Program-made: the position numbers and the translations under genes
Notes under the pieces: model-generated
What the model saw: only the letters and a program-made list of their open reading frames with translations
Databases searched by the model: none
Told to the model about the DNA's origin: nothing
In this document: positions 12,122 through 24,893 of the stretch, piece by piece
Position numbering within the stretch: position 1 is the first letter of the stretch
Layout: the number at the start of each line of letters is the position of its first letter
Assembly: GCF_018977255.1 (NCBI RefSeq)
Contig: NW_024704742.1
Location: 70,558,001 to 70,622,000, forward strand
DNA from: Callorhinchus milii
Taxonomy: Eukaryota
DNA length: 64,000 bases
Reading direction: 5' to 3'

Positions 12122-14548
12122 GGGTTCAGTTAGCAGCACTCTCGCCTCTGTCAGAAGGTTGTGCGTTCAAGCCTCATACCTGGACTTTGAGCTCACAGTC
12201 CAGGCTGACTCTCTTGTGCAGTACTGGGTGTGCGTGTGTAGGGTGGGGGGGGGGGAGTTGTTGGCGGTGCCGTCGTTTTGATGAGATCTTAAACTGAGAT
12301 CCCGTCTGTTCCTGTTCGGGCTCACATTAAAGATCCCACGGTGCTATTAGAAGAGGGAAGGGAGTTTCCCTCTCCCAGTGCCCTGCCCAACAATCTCTCC
12401 CCACAGATAAAAAAAATGATCACTCACTTCACGGCTGTTCATGGGTTGTTGCTGTGCGTAAGTTGGCTGACATATTTGGAGTACTTATGGAAAGTTTAGA
12501 GTACTTATGGAACGGGACAAGGAGCAATCAAAGGTGAAGATACTCAACTGGAACAGGACAAATTTCAGTGAGTTAAAAAGGGACCGAGCCCTTAAGCGAT
12601 GGGAAGCCTTCAAGAAGAAAATAGTTCGGGGACAGAACAAATACATTCCCATAAAGGGGAAAAGTAGGGCATCCAAACCTCCCTGGATGAAAAAGGAAAT
12701 TGGGATTAAAATAAAACAGAATAAGAAGGCTTATGATAAATTACAGGTTCAAAATACAGAAGATAATCAAATAGAATATAGAAAGTTCAGAGGAGATTGA
12801 AAAAGGAAAAAAGAAGAACAAAGAGATTGTATGAGAAAAGATTAGTGGGTAACATAAAAGGGAGCCTTAAGGTATTTTATAAGCATATAAAGAATAAAAG
12901 GTTAGTCAAAGGTAGGGTGGAGCCAATTAGGGACCAAAGAGGAAATCTTTTTATGGAGAACAGATGCAAAGTACTCAAGGGGAAAAGTAGGGTATCTGTC
13001 TTCACAAAAGAAGAGGATGCAGCCAATGCCACAGTATCGGAGGAGAGGGTGAAGAAATTAGATAAGATAAGAATAAACAGAGAGGAGTTACTGAAAAAGT
13101 TGTCGGTGCTCAAGGCAGATAAGTCACCCAGTCCGGACGGGATGCATCCTAGGTTACTGAGGGAAGTAAGGGTGGAAATAATGGAGGCTCCGGCCACAAT
13201 CTTTTAATGCTCCTTGGACACTGGGATGGTGCCAGAGGACTGGAGGGTTGCAAATGTTACTCCCCTGTACAAAAAGGGGCAGAAGGATAAACCCGGAAAC
13301 TACAGGCCAGTCAGCCTAACATCAGTAGGGGGGAAACTTCTAGAAACTATAATGCGGGATAAAATAAATTTTCACTTAGAAAAATATAAGTTAATAAAGG
13401 ACAGACAACATGGATTTATTGAAGGCAAATCATGTCTAACAAACCTGATGGGTCATTTTGATGAAGTAATGGAGAGCTGGATGAAGGTAGCGCAGTTGAT
13501 GTATACGGATTTTTAAAAGGCGTTTGATAAAGTGCCACATAAGAGACTTGTAAGCAAAATAGAAGCCCAAGCTAAGAAAAGTAGTAAACAGTGAGGAGGA
13601 TAGTAGCAGACTGCAAATGGACAGAGACAGACTGGTAAAATGGGCAGAGACGTGGCAGACAATGTTTAATGTGGAGAAATGCGAAGTAATGCATTTTGGG
13701 AGGAAGAATAAGGAGAGGCAATATAAGCTAATGGTAGAATCGTAAAGGGGGTGAAGGAACAGAGAGACCTGGGGGTTTATATCAGTAAATCTTTTGAAGG
13801 TGGCAGGACAGGTAGATAAAGCTGTTAAAAAAGCATATGGGACACTAGGCTTTATAAATAGGGGCAGAGAATACAAAAGTCAGGAAGTTATTATGAACCT
13901 TTATAAAACACTGGTTAGGCCTCAGCGAGAGTAAGTGTTCAGTTCTGGGCACCACACTTTAGGAAGGATGTCAGGGCATTGGAGAGGGTGCAAAGATTTA
14001 CCAGGATGCTACCAGGAATTGGGGGCTTCAGTTATCAGGAGAGGCGAGAGAAGCTGGGATTATTCTCCTTGGAGCAGAGAAGATTAAGAGGAGACTGAAT
14101 AAAAGTTTTCAAAATTATGAGGAGATTCAACAGGGAGAACAAGGAGAAACTATTTCCACTGGCAGTTGGATCAGTAAACCGAGGGCACCGATTTAAAATA
14201 GTTGTTATAAAAAAACAGAGGGGAGGTGAGGAGAAATCGTTTCACACAGCAAGTTGTTCAGATCTGGAATGCATTGCCTGAAAAGGTGGTGGAAGCCGAT
14301 TCAGTAACACATTTTAAGAGAGAAGTAGATAATTATTTAGGGATAACAAGTTTTGCAGGCTATGAAGTGAGAGCGGGGGAGTGGGATTGAATTGGATAGC
14401 TCTTTTCAAAGAGCCGGCACAGACAAGATGGGCCGAATGACCTCCTTCTGTGCTGTATAATTCTATGATTCTATGTTCACCTACAAATTACACAGTCACT
14501 ACTCTTTATAGTGAAATCCCGTGAAGAGCTTTGAGACATCCTCCTGAC
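12122..14548 (+). mobile_element. SINE family B split by the CR1 insertion (halves 12122-12477 and 14477-14548)
   Basis: Deu body stops at ..AAGTTGGCTGACATATTT and resumes after the CR1 tail with TTCACCTACAAATTACACAGTCACTAC. Confidence 0.82.
12478..14476 (+). mobile_element. CR1 LINE, 5'-truncated 2 kb pseudo-ORF2 with deletion of the RT core
   Basis: KSPSPDGMHPRLLRE, VPEDWRVANVTPLYKKG..NYRPVSLTS, QHGFIEGKSCLTNL, YTDF*KAFDKVPH; jumps near 13570 to KVVNSEED, so PQGS and FADD are missing; ends ATTCTATGATTCTATG. Confidence 0.95.
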
Positions 14549-14747
14549 CCTTGGTACCAACACCTGGAAATGTACCTGTGTCTGGAATGGAATGTGCACT
14601 CTCTCTGTCTCTGTCTTTAGAGGGTGCATCCTGCTTACCTAAACCCAGAGCCTATTAGGCACAGGTTAATTTAGAAAGCAGTTTAATGCAGAGATGGGGA
14701 TGAGGGAGGGATGAGATCAGATAGCCAAAGAGTCTTCTTCAACTGAA

Positions 14748-15121
14748 AATAATAATTCTTGCATTTGATATAGTGCATTAAACATTGTTGAGACGTCTCA
14801 AATTGCTTCACAGAATATACTGTAAAGTGAATTGACTGTATATTTTGTGGGCGAAACGCAGCAGCCAATTGCGCACAACAGAGTCCCACAGTCGTGGATT
14901 GAGAGACCAAATTATTATTATTATTTTTTGAGGGATTATTACCCCCGCAAAAGTGATCTGCCGATCGACTAACTATTCCTACCGAGTTCTTACTTACTGC
15001 TCAGTAAACAGAAGTGTGTGGAGTAAGGAAACTTGCCCAATGTTTCTCCCTGCCCGGAATCAAACCCAGGCCCTCTCGCTTGTGAGGCAAGTGCTCTAAC
15101 CAGTAAATGACAGTACTCCAC
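14748..15121 (-). mobile_element. SINE family A, full length
   Basis: All modules present on the reverse strand. Confidence 0.9.
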
Positions 15122-15694
15122 AACTGATCTTGTGATCTTGACAGTGTGCCAACAACTGAGCCAGGCTGACACCTGTTTATGTATATCTAAGTAGACTTTA
15201 CAGCATAAAAAAGCCCATTCTGCCCAACCAGTCTGTGCTGGTGATTATTCCTCACTCCACAACTACAACAACTTGTGTTTGTATAGCACCCTTCACATGA
15301 GGTAGCATCTCGGAGCATTTCATGGTCTCACAAGTCCATGTGAGTCGAGCTGAACATCCAAACACCCACACACGAAGACAAGTCAGACGATACAACTCTC
15401 TGCTGCGTTTAGTATGAGTTTGTCACGTATGTTGGCTTCGTGTTTCCATGTCCCATAAATCTGAAAGGCAAATTGAGTTTGGGATGTAATGCTGCAGTCT
15501 TTAAAAGATAATGGTGCACAGATGATCATCTTTCAGAGTCAAACAGTCATTATTCCTTCCTTTGTGTCTGCCCGCCCGATCCATCAACAGCTCCCAGACA
15601 CTGACGAGGCTCCTGGGGTTGTGAATGTACAGAGAGTGGGAGGACGGTCAACCTCACAACAGCTCGAAGACGCTGTGATCCCAGGAGGTGACGA

Positions 15695-16205
15695 GATGGA
15701 GAGAGACTGAGAGAGAGAGAGAGAGAGAGAGACTGAGAAACAGACACACATACACACACACAAAACAGAATGAGAGAAAGAGACTGAGAAAGGGAGAAAG
15801 ATACACACAGACAGAGAGAGAGAAAGAGACAGCAGATTGACAGAGGTACTGAGAGAGATAGACAGGAAGACTGAGAGAGAGACAGACTAAGACAGAGAGA
15901 CAGACGAAGACAGAGAGACAGACAGACTGAGTAAGAGACTGAAAGAGAGAAGGAGACAGAGAGAGAAACAGACTAAGAGGGAGAGAAAGAGACAAACAGA
16001 TAGAGCCAGAGACAGACAGACACAGACTGAGAGACAAACTGAGACATACTGAAAGAGAGACATACAGACTAAGGGAGACAGACTGAGAGAGAGAGAGTCA
16101 CACAGAGACTGAGAGAGTGAGACACAGGCAGCCTAAGAGAGAAAGACAGATAGACTGAGATAGAAAGAGAAGAGATGGGGAGAGAGAGAGAGAGGCAGAG
16201 AGGGA
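15695..16205. repeat. AG/GACA-rich low-complexity tract
   Basis: Degenerate (GA)n/(GACA)n. Confidence 0.9.
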
Positions 16206-16419
16206 ATTTAACAATGCAGGTGGGAATTAAACACGCCCTGTGTTACTGGAGCCCCCGATTGCTGAAGGTGTATATATTTATTCAGTTCCTGAACACAGTT
16301 GGTTAGGGTTAGGTTCAAAGTAAAGTAAACATTCTGGCAATTGATAGCCCGCCTATCAAATCGAAACTTCTCAAGCACTTCACTAGGCATCACTGTCAAG
16401 CACAGTGACTGTGTGTTTA

Positions 16420-17100
16420 GTTTTGGTCATTGAGTGTCTGACCTGCGTGGAATCCCATCACTGTACTTAAGAGCGTCCAAACCAGACTGAGAGTTACACA
16501 TACCCTCATCCTGCTTACCTAATTCTTAAAAGGATTAGGCGCAGATGGCGAGAGCCAAGGCTTGAGGACCCCACAGTGCGTGTTGGGGAAACTGCTGGAG
16601 TCTTACCAGTTAAAACATCCTGCAACGTATTGGTTAGCAGGATCGCCTTACAAGTCAGAAGACCCAGGTTTGATTCCTGGGGAGGGCGAAACCTAAGGCA
16701 AGTTTCCTTATTCCACACCACTCTGTTTAGCCAGCAATAATTAGGAACCCAGTTGCTAGGTGATTAGTGGATTGCTTTTTGGGAGTAATAATCCTTTAAA
16801 CAAAATGGTCACTCATTCTATGACTGTTTGTGGGACACTGTTGTATGCAATGGTCTGCCGCATTTCACCCACATAACACACAGACAATCCACTTTACAGA
16901 ATGTTCCGTGAAGCGCTTTCAGACGTCTCAATGACGTAATAAGGCGCTGTATCAAATGCAAGGATTATTAGTATTATTATTATTAAAATGATACAGCTTG
17001 CCATTGAAAGCACTGACTGGCAAGCTTTCCAGCTGCTTGTCCAGCTAGGACCACCCTACCCGTTAGGGCTTGAGGGTTAACAGGAGCTGAGTGGGAAGAA
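16420..17100 (-). mobile_element. Retroposon family C split by SINE A (halves 16420-16615 and 16995-17100)
   Basis: Family C runs to ..GGAGTCTTACCAGTTAAAA and resumes AGCTTGCCATTGAAAGCACTG. Confidence 0.82.
16618..16984 (+). mobile_element. SINE family A, full length, nested in family C
   Basis: tRNA head, AAACCTAAGGCAAGTTTCCTTATTCCAC, Deu-like 3' part, (ATT)n tail. Confidence 0.9.
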
Positions 17101-18000
17101 TTACTGCTTCTCTTTAGAATTGAGAGTAGGCGAGAGAGAGAGCTGCTGAGTGAGCCAGACTTCGGCTAATCAGCCGTCACCATCTGTTTTGAGTACAATT
17201 AGTGATGGTGGTCTCTGCCTCCGGACAGCAGCATTCACACTGGGACCCACATAAGAATTGTCTGTTTCTCTGAGGAGGTCTGGGGTGAGGAGTATTGCTG
17301 GCCAGAGAGAGAGAGAGAGAACGAGGAGGAGGACATTGTTGACTTAAACTGGGAGGAGGAGAGAGTTTACCAGATGTCCTGGGGAATGATTCACATAGAG
17401 ACCAGCAAGAGAGAGAGAGAGAGTGTCAGATGGAGAGACGGAAAGAGAGAGAGAGCTACTGAGAAACAGACAGGCAGACAGACAGACAAAGAGAAAGCGA
17501 GAGAGACACAGAGATGGACACAGAGAATGTAAAAATCACTATTTTTCATACAGCGCTTTATTAACTGTGTCCCAGCCAGCAATCCCCCAAATTCATTCAC
17601 TTCATGATTGTCTGTGAGACATTGCTGTGCACCAACTGGCTGTCCCGTTCAACTACAGTCACTACACTTGACAGTAAAATCCAGTGAAGAGCGTGGAAAA
17701 GTTTGGACGTGATAAGACTCTGTATGAAAACAAACCTTTTTCGGAGTGTCAGGTTAGACTGTGTGAGCTCAGAGTTGTGAGTGGGCGTTTAGCCTCACTG
17801 GGGACAAGTACAGTGAGCAGATGGATTCAATTTGAGACAATACATAGATAGTGCTGCTGAGGTGGGGTGGGTCAGCTGTGCAGGAGCTATGCACACCCAG
17901 GGAACAGGACCACCAAGGAGATCAGAGAAGCGAAGCCAAGCTCAGTCGCTCCATCTGCCCCCACAGCACAGCCACAGTCCCATACCACAGCACACTGAGC

Positions 18001-18281
18001 TAATAATAATAATAATCCTTACATTTGATATAGCGCCTTATCACATTATTGAGACGCGTTTCACAGAATATACTGTAAAGTGAATTGACATGGCAGACAA
18101 TTGCCCATAAACAGTCATTGATTGAGTGACCAAATTATTATTATTATTTTTTTGTACGGAATACTACGCGCCAAGACTGTGGATTAAGAAAACTTGCCTA
18201 AGTTTTCTCCCCGCCCGGGAATTGAACCCGGATCCTCTCACTTGTGAGGCGAACGGGCTAAGCACCTCACTACGGGACTAC
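18001..18281 (-). mobile_element. SINE family A (internal deletions)
   Basis: Tail and head both recognisable. Confidence 0.85.
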
Positions 18282-18714
18282 AATCTCAGTTCAATATCTC
18301 ATTTGAAGGACGACACCTCCGACAGTACTGCGCTCCCCACCCCCCTCAGCACTACAGTGGAGGGTCAGCCTAGACTGTTTGAGCTCAAAGTCCCCCCAAT
18401 GTGTGTGAGATAAAGAACAAAGGAGAGAATTACACGGATAAGAGAAACTAATTTCAAAGTTGCAATAAAAAAAGGGAAATTGAAAAGGACATTTAGAATT
18501 AGATGTTTTATAATTGAAAGGATTAAATCAATTTGCGGTGTCTCATCCAGTTATGACTGTCACTGTGGCTAAACCTAGGGGGTAGTTTCTAGTCTATTTC
18601 CCCTCCTTCCCCCCTTCTCCCTCAGTGCTATCACATCTCAAACCCCTTCTCCTTCACAACGGCCAGAGCTTTTTGAGACCCAAAGCTTGTTGTCTTAAAA
18701 TAATAACATCATGT

Positions 18715-20310
18715 CCGAACGGTTGGTCCAGGTGAGGCCTCCAGCAGCACAATATCATCTGCAAACAGAAGCTCCACAATCCTATCAGAGAACAACAGAT
18801 ACACCAAACTCTTCCCCCTCGATGCCGTCCAACATGTCATTGACGAACAAATCAAACAGGGTGGGTGACAATGGACAGTCTTGCCTTACCCGCCATTCCA
18901 GAGGGATGGGCTCAGTAAGTCCACTGTCGACTCTTACACGGATCTTGGAGTGGGAGTACACATTCCGGATAAAATCCAGGATTCGGTCATGTACTCTCAG
19001 GTCTTCCAGTTTCATCATGAGGGCCTCATGAGGCAATGGGTCAAAGGCCTTGTGAAAGCTGATGAACACAATATAAATGGGTTTGCCTGATGACATTCTG
19101 ACCCACAACCTGTCCCACACATTCCTCATGAGAATGGAAAGGGAGCCCACCCTGTTCCTTCCTGATCAAACCGCGAGCCTCCAATGCGTGTGATACATGT
19201 ACAGTGACTACCCAAAGCACCACTTTAGCGGCCACTGAAATCAGCGAGCTCCCTCTGTAGTTCTCAGTCTCAATGGGGTCACCTTCTTGTGGATAGCCAC
19301 CACAATTGCACTCTGGAAGACTGACTCAGAGAGAATCCTGTTGACCAGTTCTAGGGAGCGCAGCTCCAAGGTGAGTTAGAGGTTCCTGTCTTGGACCTGT
19401 AAGATCCTCATCATTCTCTATCTCCTTCCTTACAGCAACTTTTTGGAACTCAGTATTAATGCTGTTCAACCAGCTGCCTTGCCATTGGCGCCAGAGTGTG
19501 GAGTCCACCTCCTTCTAGCAGATTGGGTCATTACAGGCCTTCAATGTCTCCCGTCAGCTCCTCCAGCCTCCATGCAGATGGATCTCTACTGTGGCCTGTT
19601 GGGTCAGACGCCAACTCCACCTAATGCTCCCTCCAAACCCCAAGGTTATCCTCATGGGTCTGTTGTAGACACCGGACTTGTCCAACACTGATACAGGCCC
19701 ATAGGGGCCCCTCCGGCCATGGCCGACAACAGACTTCAGCCAGCGGAAGGAAAGATTTGAGATCATTCTTGTATAGTTGCTCCCCCTTTTGGAGTGACGT
19801 CATCCATTGACCCTGCTTCATTTCCCTCATAACCATCCCTGGTTTGTGCCCTGCCTGCTATACGTTGCCTTTGCTGTAGTTCTAGCTTGCTCCAAGGAAG
19901 CTTCCAAAACTGCTTTAAATGACCTCTGCTTTCTCCTAATCGCTTTTCTTCCCTTGGCTACCAGGGATCAGTGCCTTGCAGGCTGTAGCTTCAGTTTCCT
20001 TATGACCTCAGCTGCAGAAGCAAGAAAGTCCTTGGCTACATTGTTGGTCATCGAGTCCGCGCTGTCACAACCTCACACAGAGTCCGGTGACATGTAAGCA
20101 GAGATCATTGCTATTGAAGGGTTTTGCTCCACCTTTGAAGAGCTGTTTTTAACATGATCCAATCTCCCATAAGGAGCAACTGACAGTCAGAGAACCATTA
20201 TGCGAGGCTATCCAGCAAAGTGCCTATAGCCTTAAGGATCCCCAAGCACTCGTCACAGTGCAGCTTCTGAGGAATGTACATTGATCCCACAAACCAGGGC
20301 GTAGATCTAC
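18715..20310 (-). mobile_element. Decayed APE-RT non-LTR retrotransposon, not CR1 or L2
   Basis: Minus strand: WFVGSMYIPQ..LLLMGDWI (APE motifs, about 20295-20155); WREH*VELASDPTGHSRDPSAW; KK-GDPIETENYRGSSLISVAAKV; KEQGG..EECVGQV; FISFHKAFDPLPHEAL; VRQDCPLSPTLFDLFVND; LLFADDIVLL (FADD at 18754-18765). Stops, frameshifts and deletions. Confidence 0.9.
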
Positions 20311-20529
20311 TAAATAATAATAATAATAATAATCTTGTATTTGATGTAGCACCTTATCACATCATTGAGAAGTCTCAAAGCTCTTCACAGGATATACTGT
20401 AAAGTGGAGTGACTGTGTGTTTTGTGGGTGAAATACCGCATCCATTTATGTACAGCAGTATCCCACAAAGTCTTGGATTGAGTGACCAATTTTATTTGGG
20501 GGATGGGGGGGTGGGAGGGGGAGAGAATG

Positions 20530-21000
20530 CTGTTTCGTGGGAGGTGTCATCCGCCTGATGAGACAAATAAGTTGAGACGAGGAATAAATCAGGGCACGTG
20601 ATATTATTCCATCCCGCATTTTAACCCACCCTGCTCGCTCCAGCCTGCTTTATTTTTATTAAAACAAAAACCTCTGACCATGATTCCCGCTGACAGGCCC
20701 CGCTAATTGGTGTAAATTAATTTACCTCTGGCAAACACTGGTACAAAGTGCCGGCTCCCTTAAATAAGTGATGATGGAAGTACCTGCATTAAGTCTGACT
20801 TTTTAAATCATTTAGCAGCACAATCTGTTAATTAGCTGGAGCAAGTCTGTGAGCTTTCACCAACAATTAAAAGCTGGGCCCTTTCAGCTGAGAGAAGTCT
20901 CTGTGACAAGCTGTCATTTATTCATTCCTTCAGTTTGCAGCCGAGGGAACAAGCAAGCAAGCGATGTGTGTCTGCGTTATGTTTGTATATTTTCTAACCG
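20530..21000. promoter_or_regulatory. Candidate conserved non-coding element (enhancer-like)
   Basis: Unique sequence with CTGACAG, CTAATTGG, TAAATTAAT, TTAATTAG, CACGTG and CTGTCA motifs; conservation is inferred, not tested. Confidence 0.55.
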
Positions 21001-21074
21001 CTGGGACCCCTCTTTCCCACCATCTCGCTTTCCACCCCCTCCCTCTTTCATTGTTTTTCTTGCACTCTCTCTTA

Positions 21075-21390
21075 TGGAGTCCTGTAGTGCTGTGGTTAGT
21101 GAATTTGCCTCGCAAGCGAAAAGACCTGGGTTCGATTCCCAGGCGGGTCGAAACCTTAGGCAACTTTCCTTACTCAACTTGCCTCAGTTTACCTAGCAGG
21201 AGGTAGGAATCCAGTTGTTAGTGGATTGTTGGATCGCTTCCCAGGGGTAATAATTGCTTCAAAAGAATAATAATTTTGTCACTCAATCCACAACTGTTTG
21301 TGGAACACTGCTGTGCAATTGGCTGCCATGTTTCACCCACTATACTGTGCATTTTGTGAAGCGCTTTAAGATATCTCAATGACTTATAAT
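21075..21390 (+). mobile_element. SINE family A
   Basis: Head TGGAGTCCTGTAGTGCTGTGGTTAG..CTCGCAAGCG..GGTTCGATTCCC; abuts a minus-strand SINE B piece (about 21390-21660). Confidence 0.88.
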
Positions 21391-21699
21391 GGAGGATGTT
21401 TGTGAGGATGTCTGAAACTGCTTCACAAGATTTTACTGTAAAGTGTAGTGACTGTATCTTGTAGATGAAAGCTGCATCCAATTTGCACACACAATGTCCA
21501 CAACCAACCATGAAGTGAATAGCCTGTTGGGGGGATTGTTTGGCCAGGATACTGGGAGAGAGAAACATTTCCAACAGAACAGCGGGATCTTTACCATCCA
21601 CTTGAACAGGCACAGACAGGACCTCCGATTAACATCTCATCCACCGGAAGGCATGTCCAATAATACAATACAATAATAATAATACAATAATACAACAAT

Positions 21700-22230
21700 A
21701 ATAATACAACAACAATAATAACTTGTATATAGCGCTCTTCACATGGAGCAACGACTCCAAGCAATTAACATTGCCAAGCCGGGGGGAGGTGACTGTAAGT
21801 ATGGTTGAAGAGAAGTCTTCAGTCGTGTTCTAAAAGAGGAAAGGAGGGGGCAAGATGGAGGGATTGGAGGAGAGTTCTAAAGCTTCAGGGCATAGTGGTT
21901 GAAAGTGTGTCTGCCGATGGTTGTGTGGAGGGGATGAGGGGCAAGCAGGGGGCCAGAGCCAGCTGAGTGGAGGCAGCGGGTAGTGGAGTGGGCAGATAGT
22001 AAGTGAGAAAAGTAGGGAGGTGCCAGGGCATGAAGGGATTTGTAGATAAATGAGAGAATCTTGAAATCAATCCATTCTGTGATAGGGAGCTGGGACTGGT
22101 GTGATGGGGGTAGGGAGTTTAGTGTGGGTGAGTATAAGGGTGGTGGAGTTCTGAATCAGTTGTTGTTTGTGGGTAGTGGAGCTGGGGAGACCGGTGTGGA
22201 GAGCATTGGATTAGTCGAGGCGGGAGGTGA
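21700..22230 (-). mobile_element. Old L2 3' fragment
   Basis: Reverse strand IDFKILSFIYKSLHALAPPYFSHLL; tail (TTG/TAT)n at about 21660-21725. Confidence 0.78.
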
Positions 22231-22387
22231 CAGAAAAATCACAAGATACTGAATCCAGGTCGTATCTGTGTCTTTTCAGGTGGACGTTGAAGATCATTGG
22301 TAAAGAGCCAAGGCAGTTTTTCTGGCCTGGTATCCTGGCCAACAATCCCTCCAGATTCAAAAATTGGTCACTCCCTTCATGGTACGA

Positions 22388-22754
22388 TAATTACAATAAT
22401 CCTTGCATTTGACACAGCTCCTTATCACGTCTTCGGGAGCCTCAAAGCGCTTCACAGAATATACTGTAAAGTGAATTGACCGTATATTTTGTGGGCGAAA
22501 TGCGGCAGCCAATTGCACACAGCAGTGTCCCACAAGTAGCCATGGATTGAGTGATCAAATTTTTTTTTTAAGGGATTATTACCTCTGGAAAAGCGGTACC
22601 CCAATCGACTAACAACTCGGTTCTTACATAATGCTAGGTAAATAGAGATGTGTGGAGTAAGGAAACTTGCCTAATGTTTTGCCTCCCCAGGAATCGAACC
22701 TGGGTCCTCTCGCTTGCGAGATGAGTGCAAGTCACTAGTCACTGCAGGACTCCC
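22388..22754 (-). mobile_element. SINE family A, full length
   Basis: All modules present; abuts a SINE B fragment at 22250-22385. Confidence 0.9.
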
Positions 22755-23555
22755 ATATGTCAATGGCAAGAATCATTCTAATTGCATGGTGGAAGAAGAA
22801 GATTTGAAGAGAGAGGGGGCACAAAGAGAGTTTAAAATCTATAAACAACGTGGATTCCCATAGTGTAATGGTTAGAGCACTTGCTTCGCAAATGAGGACC
22901 TTCTTCCATAAAACTCAGTCACAGAGTAAGTGAAGTGCATGATTAATCGCCCTCAGTGCTTCAGAGAATGGTGAACCACTGGATTATTTTCCATTACCCA
23001 CCAATTCCCCCACGGTGGGTTTGGGTTTAGAAAATGCTACTTTGTATAAGTACAGAAACAACCTGAAAGTTGCTTCAAATATTTATGGAGTATTTTCAAG
23101 CGAGACTGGTTTCTGACTAAAGAGAAGTGGTTCTCTCATGCGTTCCCTCCCTGCAGTCTCACTCTTTGTGGTCCCTGTGCAGATTCTAAGGAGCCAATGT
23201 TTTATGCATGGTGCATCCCCAATTGCACCTAAACGCTTTTATTTATGGTCCTTTTTCTTCCTTCTCTGTTTTTATCATGGCGAAACTCAGCCGAGGAACA
23301 TTTATTCTGCAAGTCCCCCCAACCTCTCCACTCCACTATCGGTGGCCATGCTTTCAGCCGCTACTCCCCAACCCTCTGGAACTATTGGCCTCAATCCCTT
23401 TGCGTTGCCCCCTCCTTCCTGTCTTCAGATTGCACCTGAAGACCTTCCTCTTCTGACCGTGCCACACCAAACCTGCATTAAACAGAATAAGCCTCTGTTC
23501 AGTTTTCTCCACATCTCATTATTAGTATCATTATTATCATCATTTTAATAGTAAT

Positions 23556-23892
23556 GTGGAGTCCCGTAACAAGCAAGAAGACCCAAGTTCAATTCCTGGC
23601 AGAGCGAAACCTTAGGCAAGTTTCTTTACTCTACATACATCTGTTTACCTAGCGGTAAGTAGAAACCTGATTGTTAGTTGATTGGCAAATTGCTTTCTGA
23701 GGGTAATAATACCTCAAAAGAAAAAAAAATGTGGTCATTCAATCCATGGCTGTTTGCAATTGGCTGCCATGTTTCGCCCACAAAATACACAGTCAATTCA
23801 CTTTACAATATATTCTGTGAAGCGCTTTGAGGCGTCTCAATGAAGTGAAAGGTGTTATATCAAATGCAAGGATTATTTTTTTATTATTATTG
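23556..23892 (+). mobile_element. SINE family A
   Basis: Head partly deleted; body and (ATT)n tail intact. Confidence 0.88.
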
Positions 23893-24036
23893 TCCAGTTT
23901 GCGATATTCCTAAATATATTCCTGAGTTTATTTAAGGAAAATGTTTAGGAACACAAGCAGTTGGCACTCCACTCCAGGTTTGCTTTACCAATCACGTCCA
24001 TTTTGTTTTGACTTGGACTAATCCTATTTGGAGTAC

Positions 24037-24880
24037 AGCCTGGCTCAGTTGGTAGAGCTCATCTCCAAATCAAGTTGTGGGTTCAAGCTCTCTCATTGGG
24101 GACTTTGAGCTCACAGTCTAGCCTGACACTCCAGTGCAGTGCTGGAGGGAGCGTTGCATTGTCAGAGGTGCAGTCCTTCAGATGAGAGGTCAAATTAAAA
24201 TTCCATCTGTACCTGTCCCACTGGACTTTAATGATCCTGTGACACTACTCAAAAAGAGCAGGGGATCCTTTTCAGGTGTCCTGGCCGACAATCCCACAAT
24301 CTCCCCCGAGATAAAATCGATCATTCACTTCATGGCTGCTTGCAGGATGTTATGGAGTACAAAATTAGCTGCTGGATTCACCTATACTCAACAACAAATT
24401 ACATTTAGACAAAGCCTTTCACATCAGGAGGAGCTCCCAAGGCGCTGGATAATCAAGGATTTGGACCCACGCTAGGGATTGCCATCACGAGGGGTAGAGG
24501 GCAGGGGGGCGTGGGGGGGTAGAAGAGTGACCAAAGATGCGGTCGAAGAGGAAGGTATTGAGACAGGCCTTGAAGGAGGCAAGGGAAGGGGCAAGGCAAA
24601 GAGATTGTGGGAAGGAGTTCCAAAGGCTGGGGGCAGAGAGGCTGAAGGCCCGACCACCGATGGTGGGCCGGGCAGGGGGTGTGGAACAGATCTGAGCCTG
24701 TTGAGAGGATTGAGCGAACAGGTTGTTATGGAGTTAGCAGGTCACAGAGGTAGGAAGGAGCAAGGCTTTGGAGATCTTTGAAAGAGAGGATACAAGTTAC
24801 CATATATCCTGTGAAGAGCTTTGAGACGTTTCAAGGAAGTGATAAGGTACATATCGATTGCGAGGATTATTATTTTCATT
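24037..24880 (+). mobile_element. SINE family B split by L2 (halves 24037-24388 and about 24790-24880)
   Basis: Head CAGCCTGGCTCAGTTGGTAGAGC; Deu body; tail resumes after the L2. Confidence 0.8.
24389..24785 (-). mobile_element. L2 3' fragment
   Basis: Reverse strand AFSLSAPSLWNSFPQSLCLAPSLASFKACLNTFLF; (TTG)n tail. Confidence 0.85.
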
Positions 24881-24893
24881 ACAATACCAAGCA

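Noticed and set aside
12507..13516. Functional reverse transcriptase gene
   Set aside because: CR1 remnant with frameshifts and stops; the catalytic FADD region is deleted.
17170..17212. miRNA-like hairpin
   Set aside because: Only about 8 bp of pairing, partly G-U; too short for a pre-miRNA and no recognised seed.
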